NCBI RefSeq assembly: GCF_000009045.1
Contig: NC_000964.3
Span: forward strand, 62,001-126,000
Length of the DNA: 64,000 bases
DNA from: Bacillus subtilis subsp. subtilis str. 168
Lineage (GTDB): Bacteria > Bacillota > Bacilli > Bacillales > Bacillaceae
Direction of reading: 5' to 3'
The first letter of the stretch is position 1. Every line of letters begins with the position of its first letter. Positions 63,514 through 64,000 of the stretch are shown in pieces. A program made the position numbers and the translations under genes. The notes under the pieces are model-generated. The model worked only from the letters and a program-made list of their open reading frames with translations. It did not search any database and was not told the origin of the DNA.

Positions 63514-64000
<487 letters not shown>

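Overview
This is core, origin-proximal chromosome of Bacillus subtilis, running from the 3' two-thirds of mfd to the 5' end of rpoC. Gene content and order match what I recall for strain 168 at roughly 62-126 kb, and the SigH Ala117 allele also points to the 168 laboratory lineage; I could not align to confirm either. Every supported gene is on the + strand. Order: mfd, spoVT, yabMNOPQ-divIC-yabR, tRNA-Met/Glu, spoIIE-yabS-yabT, tilS-hprT-ftsH, coaX-hslO-yacD, cysK, the folate operon (pabBAC-sul-folBK-yazB-dusB-lysS), two tandem rRNA operons separated by 9 tRNAs (rrnJ-trnJ-rrnW), ctsR-mcsAB-clpC-radA-disA-yacL-ispDF, gltX-[T-box]-cysES-mrnC-rlmB-rae1-sigH, rpmG-secE-nusG, rplKA, rplJL, ybxB, rpoB and partial rpoC. 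I found no mobile element, prophage, CRISPR array or defence island, and most of the window is well-studied housekeeping DNA. The best candidate for an under-described system is the PP2C phosphatase / vWA / Ser-Thr kinase triad SpoIIE-YabS-YabT, in which YabS reads as a circularly permuted vWA domain. Other points worth checking: a 15-nt copy of the 16S 530-loop sequence in the yabM leader, a full sigma-A promoter inside the tRNA cluster that could read into the second rRNA operon, a weak terminator between secE and nusG, twin L1-type operators, and Noc-like palindromes. Start codons were re-chosen by hand from ribosome-binding sites. Promoter and terminator calls are motif matches made by eye.
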